A DNA stretch of 64,000 nt from Epithemia pelagica (lineage: Eukaryota > Protista > Bacillariophyta), in contig OX337229.1 in the NCBI GenBank assembly GCA_946965045.2, positions 3,968,001 through 4,032,000 on the forward strand. The letters are read 5' to 3'. Made by a program: the position numbers and the translations under genes. Of the stretch, positions 33,405 through 44,389 are shown piece by piece. How positions within the stretch are numbered: position 1 is the stretch's first letter; every line of letters starts with the position of its first letter. The notes under the pieces are model-generated. The model was not told the origin of the DNA. It made no database searches and was given only the letters and a program-made list of their open reading frames with translations.

Positions 33405-34125
33405 ACTTAGGATATCTGCTAGCTAGGTGTGATAACGACTTGATAATCGGGGTTAGTTCAGTTGGGTAGCAATGTTAGTCAACCTATCACGTTGGATCGA
33501 CGATGGGGCCCTCACCTTCGGTCTACGATATAGGTTGACTCCTTTTGTAGACAACAGTTGCTTGTAACTTTGGTGTTTTAGAAAAGAGTGAGATTAATCT
33601 ACATGAAAGTGATTTTCAGGTCTGATCGATCTCCGATCTCAAGGAGAACTTAGCCGCTCCATTTCTCTCTTGGAGAGTAGTTCTTCCTTGTTCTTTTTGT
33701 TCTTCATGATTAGATGAGAGTATTCACCTCTCCTGATTGTTTGGGCCTTATGAATGTTCTTTCTAGAAGGTACTTACCTTTGGAACAGGCCTGCTAGATC
33801 ATCTGAAGGTCGATCGTTATCTTTGTGTAATTCTCAATTTGAGAGAGAAGATATTACGACTAGAGGTATCGTCCAACTTGCGTTCGTATGAACGGATGTG
33901 TAGGCTCGCGACTTGCATTGTGCATGTATATGAATAATTAGTACATGAATCTTCCTGGACTGCTGGGTGAAGTTACTATTCAGCTAAATCCATCTGTTGT
34001 TCGTCCGTTCAACTGCAACACGAGCGTCTGTCTTACTTCAGGACAGCTGCTTTCCTCTATGTCGTAGCTATGTCATGCTATGTCACACCTAGATCTAATG
34101 GTGCTAGATGTGCTATGTTGTAACT
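33405..34125 (-). repeat. 5' LTR of element D
   Basis: Identical ends and length to the 3' LTR; followed on the element strand by GGTTGCTGAGCCC. Confidence 0.95.
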
Positions 34126-34899
34126 GGCAGCGACCCACGTGAGCAGATTGCTCAAGAATGGCAGATCTTAAACTATCTCGCAGAGTTGTTGATTGGACAA
34201 CCACAGCTGGGGGTTTTAAAGGTGCGGAAAACTCGCTTTCATGTGGAAGAATTTGGGGATCATCAACTTGGCCCTTCGGCCAAGTCCGCAATCCAGCATT
34301 TCGCCAATGCAGTTCAGACCCACTTGTCTTTGCGCTTCATTGAATGGGGTCGCCCAAATGGATGGACAGAACAAGGGGCACAAGCGGTGGTTAGGGCTTT
34401 GTCGGCAGCACTCCAACAAAATAGCAGGATTATGAAACTGGATGTATCAAGTTATCTCCTGTCCCGGCATACTTTGCCTCAGTTGCTACAAGGAGCACGA
34501 CACTTGTGGGAGCTTTTACTTCCATTGCATGTGATGAAGAAAGATGAAGTGGATGTCGTTGCATCGTGGGTGGACAAAACTCTGAATATTGAAAGAATTG
34601 GATTTGACGTGAAGAGCTCGATCCTGCATCGCTGTCTTCCATTGACAGGGTTATTCAAAAGGATTTACTCGGGCCTTATCCGGAATAAGATTGCGCACCA
34701 TGCCTACAAAGTCATGAACGCACATCCGAGCATACCCGTCGTGGCGTGGCCATGCTTGTTCGCCAAGCTTGGATCAAATGGAAAAGAAGGCACACCACTG
34801 TTTTTGTTCCTAAAAAATAGCGCCCATTCCCTGTTGGAGGAATTCTGGATTTGCAACCAACCGAATCGGAAACGACGATCCAATACGCAGTTACGTTAA
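34126..34899 (+). pseudogene. 3' half of the host RNI/LRR-like gene interrupted by D
   Basis: In-frame continuation of 20622-21301; LRR-like segments (ALQQNSRIMKLDVS). Confidence 0.75.
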
Positions 34900-36114
34900 A
34901 TTAGGACACGCCACACCGAGGCAAGTTGATTTCCCAAAGCTGCTCATTCGAGAACTGAATGGATTGGCCCTCTCATGTCCTCTAAGTTGTGGTGTTTGGC
35001 TTTCCATGGGGCGCCAAGGACTGAGGCAGTGCGGGGCGTCTTGGATGGCTTCAGCAGAGTTGGAAAAACAATCCATGTATATGCTCTCAAACCATTTGGA
35101 GTTTGGACATCGCTGATCGCTGGGCTCATTGGACGCCGGACGACATTCGGGGAATTCGGAAGTAGCTCCCTGGTTGTCCACCACGAACACGGAAGAGGCC
35201 CATGTCAATCTCTCTTTCAATACATAGGCCTTTGGGACATGGCTGCCGCGAACCGCCCATATCCGCGCCCGGTGACATACACAAAATCGTGATTAGAGCG
35301 AATTGCCACACGACACACGACAGCCGAGAAAGCGCTAATCCTGAACAGGACACATCACTCTCGGTGAAGGCGCAATGGAATCATGCCATGATTTATCTGT
35401 CTTCTTATCCTGAAGTGTCGTGCAATCTGTCGCATTCTGCCTGCTGCGGGACATGGGATTCACCCTTCGCGATCCTACTAGGGCTATCAAACTTAGGTAC
35501 TCAGATTTTTTCCGTAGTTTCTAAAGAAGTTTATGTGAAATTTAGGTTTTGAAGTTTAGGTAGTTTAGGTAGCTCTGAAAAATGGCTCCTTCCCTCAACT
35601 AAACGGAAGATCACTGGACGTTGACACCAACATTCACAGACAGGGATTCAATATATAGGCTAAATATTTAAAGGACCACCCGAAACTTCGGCAGGGCAAA
35701 AGCAGCGACATGAAACTTTGGATAAACTTAGGTACCGAAGTTTAGGACAAGAAACTTCGACGATGAATGAAACTTGATACCTATAGATCCTACACGAGGG
35801 TAAAGATCTTTCCAAAACCACATGAAGACTTGTTACGCAGCAATCTTGTCACTTGAAGTTTGAAGCCTCGTATTCTATTCTTGGATCTTTTCCATTCGTC
35901 TTCAGGTGAGCTACAAGATCCTGTTTTACTGTAATGTACCAGAAGGGAAAGACCTTTCCCAAACTTCACGACATGAGACATGAAGCAACCTCTGTTGTCT
36001 CCTTCCCGGACCCCTGACGTCCAGTGTCCACAGTTGACCAATCACGGACCTTGAACAATCTAGGTAGATTTCTCCACATAAAGATCTTTGACGGGGACAG
36101 ATTGCTGCTATGCC

Positions 36115-36236
36115 ACATTGACCGAGAACACGTCAGTGCTTGTTTTAATGCCGATTTTGAAGGTTCGAGAGAGGAACATTGACCGAGAACACGTCAGTGC
36201 TTGTTTTAATGCCGATTTTGAAGGTTGGAGAGAGGA
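36115..36236 (+). repeat. 61-bp tandem duplication (2 copies, 1 mismatch)
   Basis: ACATTGACCGAGAAC...GAGAGGA occurs twice in direct succession. Confidence 0.9.
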
Positions 36237-36299
36237 ATCATGGTAATAAGACGAGCACCTTTGCTCACAATCTTTCAAAAGCTGTCATCAGTCATCAAG

Positions 36300-37352
36300 A
36301 TGCGAATCTTTTCTTCACTCTCCACTTCCTTTCTTGCCTTTGTGGGTTGCCCAGATCGTTCCGCGCGTACGAGCACGATGGAGCTGGATGCCACCCGAGG
36401 AGAAGTTTTGGCCCGATGGAGAGCTCAGCGCATCGCCAAGGTCGGTAATGCTCCTTCGATTGATGACTTTTCGTACACGGAAGCATTGATGAGTGCGGCA
36501 CGTGATCCTGAAGTCAAACAAGCCTTCAAGATCGCTCGTCAAGCCATGTTGGACTTTGTCTCCGATGTGAATTTCATTTACTTGGCCGCCAAGACACCCT
36601 ATCTCCAAGAGGGGCAGGTAACCATGCCCTACACTAATCGTACCATTTACCGCGATGCCGAGTCCAACAAGGACCAAATCAGCAACTCAGGGATTGTTCG
36701 TTTAGTTCAAGCAGCCTCCGACAGTCAAATGTTGCTGGTCCGTAGCTTTGGAACACCTTCAATCACGGCATATGCAACCAAACAGAATACAACCGCCCAA
36801 TCTTTTAACATTGACTTGATCACGCAAACGATGGATTCTTTGTTTTCCTCGTGGAATCAAGGAACTACTGCCGGAGTCGAGAGTTCCATTGCTGCAGTTG
36901 GGTCGCTTCTCAACACATCTTTTACGGAAAACAAGCAAGAGAGTCATTCCGTCAGCATCTCACCTCTTTGTGCCTTTGACTACGATGACTTTTGGGACGA
37001 AGTCGTAGCATCCTACCAGACATCAATCTTTAATATTTCCTTGACCACTTGGAAAACTGTTGAGCAGAAAAAGGGTACAACCAAGGAAACCGAACAGGTC
37101 ACGTCCGAGTATGCCGTGGAGGCTTACCGCAATGGCGTCAATCTCCCTCGTTTGGTGGCGTTCTACAATAACCCGGTGAATGGCTTTGCCGAGAATACGG
37201 TTGGCGGCAATGTGGCCGATATCGGGGCCGTTGGTGGTTCGTTGCTGCCTCTTCCCAGACCCAACTTGACCGTTTCACTCTACATGGCTATGTCATCTCC
37301 TCCTGGTACCTTTTCCGAGCCTTGTGGGCTTCCGGTTTACCGCGAGAAGTAA
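36300..37352 (+). CDS. Hypothetical protein (350 aa), intronless, unknown function
   Basis: Long ORF with protein-like composition; no family recognised with confidence. Confidence 0.75.
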   Translation: MRIFSSLSTSFLAFVGCPDRSARTSTMELDATRGEVLARWRAQRIAKVGNAPSIDDFSYTEALMSAARDPEVKQAFKIARQAMLDFVSDVNFIYLAAKTPYLQEGQVTMPYTNRTIYRDAESNKDQISNSGIVRLVQAASDSQMLLVRSFGTPSITAYATKQNTTAQSFNIDLITQTMDSLFSSWNQGTTAGVESSIAAVGSLLNTSFTENKQESHSVSISPLCAFDYDDFWDEVVASYQTSIFNISLTTWKTVEQKKGTTKETEQVTSEYAVEAYRNGVNLPRLVAFYNNPVNGFAENTVGGNVADIGAVGGSLLPLPRPNLTVSLYMAMSSPPGTFSEPCGLPVYREK

Positions 37353-38243
37353 GGGTGAAACGAAAGTCGAAACAACTGATTTCTGTTGCATACGTTGATA
37401 TTTATCTATCTTCATGACGAGGCCAGGGCAATTGCAATCTTTGGTGTACATTTGATATATTTTTTGGTAAACAGTGTTCATGGTTAAATCCTCCTTCTAG
37501 GAGCAAAAATAAAAAGAATACAAAAATGTGGATAGCTGACAGCTATCGTAGCTACAATAGTGCCATATAACAAAAGCAGTACACAGGATTGGATCTTAAA
37601 GGAGTCCCGCACGCTGTTCGCCCTCGGATGCGCGCCGCGCGCTGCAAAGTGCACAGAAAACAACAGAAAGAGAGAAGGCGGTGTCTTTTTGCTTCGCTTC
37701 CCGTGCGGTTTCTCGTTTTTAGTTGCTGCCGTGGTCCGGTCCCTTGAGTTCAGCAGTTGAATTCTCTGGTTTTCTGTGAGCTCCCTGTATCTGTGACCGT
37801 TTGATTTGAAGTCCAGTTCCAGTCGTCTCAATTCTAGGAACAACCACCCAAAGACGCAAACGCTGCAACAAGACCCTCTCTAATCCGGTATCGCTCGTCG
37901 ATTGGATAGCTGCACCTCTGATACCCTTGCGTAGCATTCGGAGCAGGTCGTGACAAATTCGCAAACACGAAAGAATACGAATAGTGTGAACGTCTTTCAC
38001 TCTTTACTTACGAATTGTTGTGTGGAGAAGCACGAACCTTTGTTTCATTGGCAAAACACAAGATAAGAACCGCTGTGAACCGCAGTTTGGAACGAGAATT
38101 CAACAAAGAATAGAGAACATTACCCAAGGAGGAAACCCACAAAAAGTGATCGCTGTTTGAGTTGGACATTGGTGGTCTTTGTTGACCCAACGACACGGCA
38201 ATTGTTGCACTCGAAGACATTCAGTGCCAACATTTGCAGCAAA

Positions 38244-40034
38244 ATGGATCTGTCTATGTCTCGAATGACACGGCGCATGCTTTCGACCTTTCTTTGGAGC
38301 AGCAGCGCGGAACCAGCCAGCAGTCGGCAACTCAATGACGATCGCGGTAGTTCTGACTTTGATGAAGAAGGAGATGACCCCTATGGTGCGTTTAATCTTG
38401 AAACCGTGATAAAAGATTTGGTGTGAAATGGTACATGGAACATGGTTTTGTACGAGAAATGCAAATATTTCATTTCACTGCACAGCTCGATTCCTATGGA
38501 CGGAACATTGTTCGATGTTTTCTTGCTTGTCTCGTCTTAAGACGTCTCCATGTACTCACCATTCGATGTTGCGCTGGTTTACGTTATTAGAATTTGTTGC
38601 CTTTTTGTTGTGGTATGTCTTTTTGGTTCTGTGTTGTATTGTGCCCACCTGTTGTGCCTATCGGCGGCGGAGGTTGATTGAACGACGGATTGTCGAACAA
38701 CAAGCCAACATGGCACAGTTCCAACAAACCAATCTATTCTTTCTGAATGCTAACAATCGACAAAATGCTATTTCCGAAGAAGCCCTCCAACAAGAGCGAC
38801 ATCGCTTGCTGACCGAAACTCTAAAGTCCACCACCATGGTAAGCTTCTTGATAGGATTGGTAGAGAGGAAAGAAGACTCTTGAAGAATATGGGGCTCACG
38901 CCTTGTCTTTCTTCCTGTTTACGTCTATTTGGTTTGTTGGTGATGATTCTGCTTTGTTCTCTGTTTTCTCTATCCCTGTTCTACGCACAGACAATATCGG
39001 AGGGTGATTTAAAGACCGTAGAGGGTAGTTCTACGTACTTGCCACCTATTTCAGGCCCCGTGATTTCCATGCACGGCAGTAACACACCGCCATTGAAACG
39101 CGACGACGCGGATCCCGAAATTGCTTTGGAGGCAACCAATGATACTTCCGCTACAACTAAAGCGATAGACGAGGAACAGGGTGAGAATGAGGGGGAGGAC
39201 AATGACATTAGTCTCGATATGGAACTGGAAAGTAATATGGTACTGTTACTACCAAAAATTGCCAGAGTCTCCACGACAGTTACAACCACGACAGATACCG
39301 ACAAGGAGAGCAAGAAAGATGCTCCGAATAGCAACGGCCAGGAGCAACCAATGGCGTCACAGCAACAACCAGAGCAAGGCTCAACAATTAGCTGCACTGG
39401 TAACCGGAGGTGTCGTGAAGTGGCAGGCAGTTGTGCCATTTGTTTGTCACCCTACGAAGTAGGAGATCAAGTGACATGGTCCTCTCCCAGTGCACCAACG
39501 GATTTCCTTGGTGCCGATTCCGCGACCGCGGATCAAGAATTGTCCTCGTCTACCAATTATTGTCCCCATGCGTTTCATACGGAATGCATTATTGGGTGGC
39601 TGTCCAAAAAGGAACACCCCAAATGTCCCGTCTGTCGTCGACCCTTTTGCGAGACCGTCTTGGTCGTGCCTAGTACGAATAATTCGACGAGCATTCCCTT
39701 GGGTGGACCAAACAACAATGGTGGAGGACCGCCCGCTGCTGATGACATTCCCTTTCCTTTTTCACGAAGTTTGGCTGAAACTGTAGCGTTGGCACGCTTA
39801 TCGATTTTGGCCTCCGAACAAGAGCAACAGCAACAGCAGGCACTGTCACAATCGACGGGAAATGCACAATCTGCCACAGCGCCTAGCTCAACAACAGTAT
39901 CAACAAGCCCAGAGGGCAACGAAAACAGTGCCGTGACAACAGCAACATCCAATGTCAGTTCAACCAGCGAAAGCGCCAATCGTCCCAGAGATCCACCTGC
40001 CACCGAATTAACCACACCTGCCGTGACCGAATAG
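38244..40034 (+). CDS. Transmembrane RING-H2 E3 ubiquitin ligase, 3 exons (38244-38385, 38591-38838, 38991-40034)
   Basis: CAICL...CPHAFHTECIIGWL...CPVCR; TM segment EFVAFLLWYVFLVLCCIVP followed by RRRR; GT-AG introns keep the frame. Confidence 0.85.
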
Positions 40035-40391
40035 TATTCTCTTCAGTCCGGATGGAGAGAGCATTCAGATTTGTGTTATATAATTTTTGGGTGGAACAAG
40101 CACATCCGATATCAGTACTTGATCACGGGGGATACAATCATTATTGAAATGGCAGTAGTGACATGGATATGGAGGGAACAAAGGGCCCACTTCCATTTCG
40201 ACCGCCTTACAAACACTCGCGCTATGCCGTCCGCATTCCGCACCAGCCGGTCTCGACAAGCCTGGTTTTGCCTGTGAAATTGTAAACATGTTTTAGTAGT
40301 AGCCTTGGGCGTCATTTTGATGAATGATCTTCTTTGGTAGGAGTACTACTGATGATATACTGAGGACTATACTCGTAGATGGTCGTCAGTC

Positions 40392-42260
40392 ATGGCACGG
40401 AATATTACCGCGACCGCACATGGGATCGACAATGGACATCGACATTCCCACTTTTTTCGAAGGATCGAATGGATGTTTTGTCGGAGTCCTCTCTGCAGTA
40501 CTAGTGCCCTTGCTGGTTGCCAAACATCGTCGACGTTCATTCTAATCACGACATTGTTGACCATTTCTTCGACATTGGTGACGGGAGGGAGAACCACCGC
40601 ATCCTTCTTGCCGGCAGCGGCGTTCTCCTTCTTCCGTCCAACTCATCCGTTTGCACTACAAGCATCGAGAGGTATTAGTGGTCGTCAACCAGGTGCCTTG
40701 CTCTTCAGCTCTCAAGGCAACAAGGGTATCGAAAACATGGCTGTCAATGCAGGTACTGACGACACGGCCGAGAGTTCCCTGGGAGTATCCTTCCTCGACT
40801 TTTTGAAAGAAACCAAAGCTCATGCGGCAGGACAAGGCTATCGTCATCTCTCTCACGTTGCTATTGGTAATGAAGCGGGTGATACGGATAGTATTGTGAG
40901 TGCCCTGACGTATCCCTATATTTCCGCCAATATGAACGGCAAGAAGAACACGCCATGGATGACGCCCGTTTTGTCCATTTCAAAGACGGATTTGCAGACA
41001 CAACGACCCGAAACCCTGCTTTTGTTTCAATTGGCTGGATTGGACGCCACCTTTCTTCAATCACATTTGGTCGATATCAATGATATTCTTGGATCATCCT
41101 GCTCTGTGGCTGATGCGGTTGCTCCCCAAGCAGAACTGGACCGAGAAGAAACAGCTACCAAAGTGACGTTGCTCGATCACAATCGCTTGGATCCCAAATT
41201 GGAGCCACAACAACCGCCATCTCCATCTGCTTCCTCCTCCAAATCGTGGTGGAAAGTGGTGGAAATTCTCGATCATCACATGGATACGCAATCGCATCAA
41301 GACACGTGTCCCGAGTCGTACCGAACCATTGCCTTTGACAGCACAACCTCTACGGCCACAGTCGCAAGTACGTGTACCTTGGTGGCGGAAGCGTGGGCGA
41401 AAAAACTCAAGCATCAACAACTACAAGATGATAAAGTCGTCTCATTTCCATCGGCCTCGGTTGCCATGTTGTTGTTGGGGACCATTTTATTGGATTCCGT
41501 CAACATGTCCCCACAGGCAGGGAAGGGGACACCCCGCGATGCCCAGGCCATTCAAGAATTGGTGGAACGCACTCCCTGGTCTGATTTGGTACATCATGAT
41601 ACCACGCAGTCCATTTTTGGAACGGACGACAGCAATATTACACGGCCAAACCTGAACCAATTGTTTAATGCCTTGCAAAATGCCAAGTTTGATATCCATT
41701 TTTGGCAAGGCTTGTCGGTTCGCAATGCCTTGCGATTGGATTACAAGGCCTTTGCCGTCGAGACTCCTATCGTGGGCCGGGACACGAAGCATGTTGGTCC
41801 CATGGTACTGGGATTTTCGTCCGTCTTGTTGTCTTGGAGTGATTTTGTACAAAAGCCACACCTTTGGACGCAAATACAACACCACATGAACGAGGAAGCC
41901 AAGGTACATGTCTTGATCGTCATGTTGACCTGTAGCGTCGCAGAGAATGATGGGTCGTCTACGAGATTACAACGAGAATTGCTCCTGTGTGCCAACGCCA
42001 AGCCGGACGACGAGACAAGTGCTGCTGGATTCACGCACATGATGCAAGACTTGCGGAAAAACGATGCGACAGAGTACAAGTTACAACTGGCGGAGCATCC
42101 AGAGGCCGACACGGCGGCTCCAGTCGACAAGGATGAACGCACAGCCAAGGAGACCATGACTGTTCATTTGTTTCAACAAGGCAATGCCAAGGCTAGTCGC
42201 AAACAAGTGGCACCGATTCTTCTGGGCATATTGGAAAAACTGTGTAGCAACAAGGAATAG
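40392..42260 (+). CDS. DHH/DHHA2 exopolyphosphatase (PPX1/Prune-like); start codon uncertain
   Basis: GNEAGDTDS, LLDHN, ILDHH, ILLDSVNM, LDYKAF, ASRKQVAP motifs. Confidence 0.9.
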   Translation: MARNITATAHGIDNGHRHSHFFRRIEWMFCRSPLCSTSALAGCQTSSTFILITTLLTISSTLVTGGRTTASFLPAAAFSFFRPTHPFALQASRGISGRQPGALLFSSQGNKGIENMAVNAGTDDTAESSLGVSFLDFLKETKAHAAGQGYRHLSHVAIGNEAGDTDSIVSALTYPYISANMNGKKNTPWMTPVLSISKTDLQTQRPETLLLFQLAGLDATFLQSHLVDINDILGSSCSVADAVAPQAELDREETATKVTLLDHNRLDPKLEPQQPPSPSASSSKSWWKVVEILDHHMDTQSHQDTCPESYRTIAFDSTTSTATVASTCTLVAEAWAKKLKHQQLQDDKVVSFPSASVAMLLLGTILLDSVNMSPQAGKGTPRDAQAIQELVERTPWSDLVHHDTTQSIFGTDDSNITRPNLNQLFNALQNAKFDIHFWQGLSVRNALRLDYKAFAVETPIVGRDTKHVGPMVLGFSSVLLSWSDFVQKPHLWTQIQHHMNEEAKVHVLIVMLTCSVAENDGSSTRLQRELLLCANAKPDDETSAAGFTHMMQDLRKNDATEYKLQLAEHPEADTAAPVDKDERTAKETMTVHLFQQGNAKASRKQVAPILLGILEKLCSNKE

Positions 42261-42922
42261 AAGGGCTTTTCAATGCTGGATATTTGGCACCAAGTCTTTC
42301 GTGTGTCTCCTTCCCGGTTAAGTCCTTGTGATTTTGGGAAGGGCATGCCTTGTTTGATAGAATCATGACGACGATCCGTCATTGACAAATGGAATGCATG
42401 CAGATCCAAGGACAGATCACATTGCCAAAATCTGGACAACCGGCCTTGCCTAGCATCTATGCGCGAAGCACGATTTGAACGAGTGATGACGCTTGCAGTG
42501 AAGGGGAAAGAGTGAAAGAAAATGACATTCTAGTTTTAGCCAAAATAGAAAAAATTGTGTCATTGGTTTCTTTTTCTCCAGAGTTGTCAACGAATGGACC
42601 GACAAAGTCGTAACGCATTTGTCGCTCGACTATGAGTCCAACAAGCCATGGTGTGGGCACTGTTCATTGAATGTCATTGCCATGACTGTCGGTGCCGTAC
42701 ACCATCATGCATGGAGGAGGAACGCACCATAGCCAGTCCATGGCCAATTCGAAACGGCAAGTCCATGCTCGATGCTCGCCCAAACCACATCCCGGGATCC
42801 ATTCATGTTTCCATCAAACAACGAAACGTTTGTCGGGGAAAGCATTGGTTGGATCTCGAAAGAAATCAAGCGCTACGTGGGTTTTACGCGTTTTTCGTTT
42901 CCACCTCGTTGTTTATACGTGT

Positions 42923-44389
42923 TCATGGTTGGACAGTGTTGTTGTCACCGTCGTGTGTGGTGGATTGGAGATTAGGGTGGGTGTCGTCCTCCTTTCTGTT
43001 GTTTTTGTTGTTGTTGTTGTGAATGTTGTTGGGACAGTACTGTACCTTGATGGCTTGTCCCGGACAGGGCGATGCCTCGTACAAATCGGGAATGGTCGTG
43101 GCCAGTCGCTTGGCTTGATGCTGCACCACGGATCCTTGATAAACGTGGGAGAGGGGTGGGGGCGAGAGCAGGACCCATCCCCGACTGGACCGAGTGACGG
43201 GATCCAAGGGATGTTGCATGGCCGCATACAAGGCCGTCAAGGTCACCCAATAGGGTGGATATTTGAACCGTGCCACATCCAAAATCAAAACGGAATCGGT
43301 CGTACGATCGTAGGCCGCCACGGGAGAAAAATGACCGCCATCGCCGGTTTGACCCAAGGGCGATCGAGCATAACTGGCCACCAACAAAGATTCAATGTTT
43401 TGGGGGGAAGTTGTTGCTGTCACTGGGTCATCGAAATGGTCGTGGTTGTCGTTGTCGTTATTGTTGTTGGCTTTGCCGTCACGAGAAGTGGTGTCGGTCG
43501 TTGTCGTCGTCGTCAAGACTTGCAGTACATCCTGACGAAAGTCATGGAGCGTCCATTGTCGCGTTTCGTCACCACTCTTCTTGTTGTTATTTTTGTATTG
43601 AACACTGTCCTGGTTGTTGTCATTGTCATTGTACAAAATGTCCTGTTCTTCCTGCGGTCGTTTCAATTGGACGCGCAATCCTTGACAGGCGGCCAATTGC
43701 GCAAATTGCGGCAAGGTCAATCCCGTCCGTCGAAGGCGTTCCGGTTCCAGACAGGTACAATTGTTCAACAAGACATCTTCATGTCCAAAATACCTCCATC
43801 CCCCGCGCCATTTGCGCAAGGGATCGACCGCCAAGGCATTCAAAACGACTTGGAGGGTGGTAATGCCACAGTAGGTGGGTTCCGACTGATTGGTAAAATG
43901 ATTCATCAATGGGACAAAGGAATGGGCCGTCTCGTGTTGCAGGGAAGAAAGCAATCGGTGACGACCTTGGGGGGAATCCAACGCCACGACAGTGGGAGAC
44001 GACGCAGCAGCAGCATCTGCAGGAGCAGTGGATGATGATGATGATGATGACGACGACGAGTCCTCCAAGACACGACGCAAAAAGGTAAATTTGGGTGGTG
44101 GCAAGGGGGGAGGTAAGGCTTCTCCGGGAGAGGTTGCAAAGGCAGAGTCGGACTCAAAGGGACAACCATCCACAACTGGCTCCTTCTCGGTTGTTGTTGT
44201 CTGGTCGACCGGATTGGTGTCGTCGTCCTGGGGAGAACCATGATACGCGTTCGCCGTCAGTCTCCATGGAACCGCACGACAAGGATGGAACCGTACCACC
44301 ACTGAGTTTGTGGGACTGTGGTGACTCCCATTGGGACGAACAAACGGTAGACGATGCAGGGATCGGGCCACCGTGGAGGTCATGACCAT
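42923..44389 (-). CDS. PCS: Phytochelatin synthase (glutathione gamma-glutamylcysteinyltransferase)
   Basis: NQSEPTYCG, VDP.RKWRGGWRYF, GQTGDGGHFSP, LILDVARFKYPPYWV; Cys-His-Asp triad intact. Likely ATG at 44389. Confidence 0.93.
   Translation of the reverse strand: MVMTSTVARSLHRLPFVRPNGSHHSPTNSVVVRFHPCRAVPWRLTANAYHGSPQDDDTNPVDQTTTTEKEPVVDGCPFESDSAFATSPGEALPPPLPPPKFTFLRRVLEDSSSSSSSSSSTAPADAAAASSPTVVALDSPQGRHRLLSSLQHETAHSFVPLMNHFTNQSEPTYCGITTLQVVLNALAVDPLRKWRGGWRYFGHEDVLLNNCTCLEPERLRRTGLTLPQFAQLAACQGLRVQLKRPQEEQDILYNDNDNNQDSVQYKNNNKKSGDETRQWTLHDFRQDVLQVLTTTTTTDTTSRDGKANNNNDNDNHDHFDDPVTATTSPQNIESLLVASYARSPLGQTGDGGHFSPVAAYDRTTDSVLILDVARFKYPPYWVTLTALYAAMQHPLDPVTRSSRGWVLLSPPPLSHVYQGSVVQHQAKRLATTIPDLYEASPCPGQAIKVQYCPNNIHNNNNKNNRKEDDTHPNLQSTTHDGDNNTVQP

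Larger units (their letters stand above)
21302..34125 (-). mobile_element. Ty1/copia LTR retrotransposon D (about 9.8 kb without the nested pogo), non-canonical termini
   Basis: 721-bp LTRs at 21302-22022 and 33405-34125; TSD GGCAG at 21297-21301 and 34126-34130; PPT AGAGGGAG at 22023-22030; gag-PR-IN-RT-RH order. Confidence 0.96.

Noticed and set aside
42692-44035. 447-aa ORF on the + strand
   Set aside because: Antisense to phytochelatin synthase; its length is explained by low-complexity codons.
19018-44389. Metal/redox gene cluster (glutaredoxin, exopolyphosphatase, phytochelatin synthase)
   Set aside because: The genes are interspersed with unrelated ones, with no shared motifs or orientation; likely coincidence.
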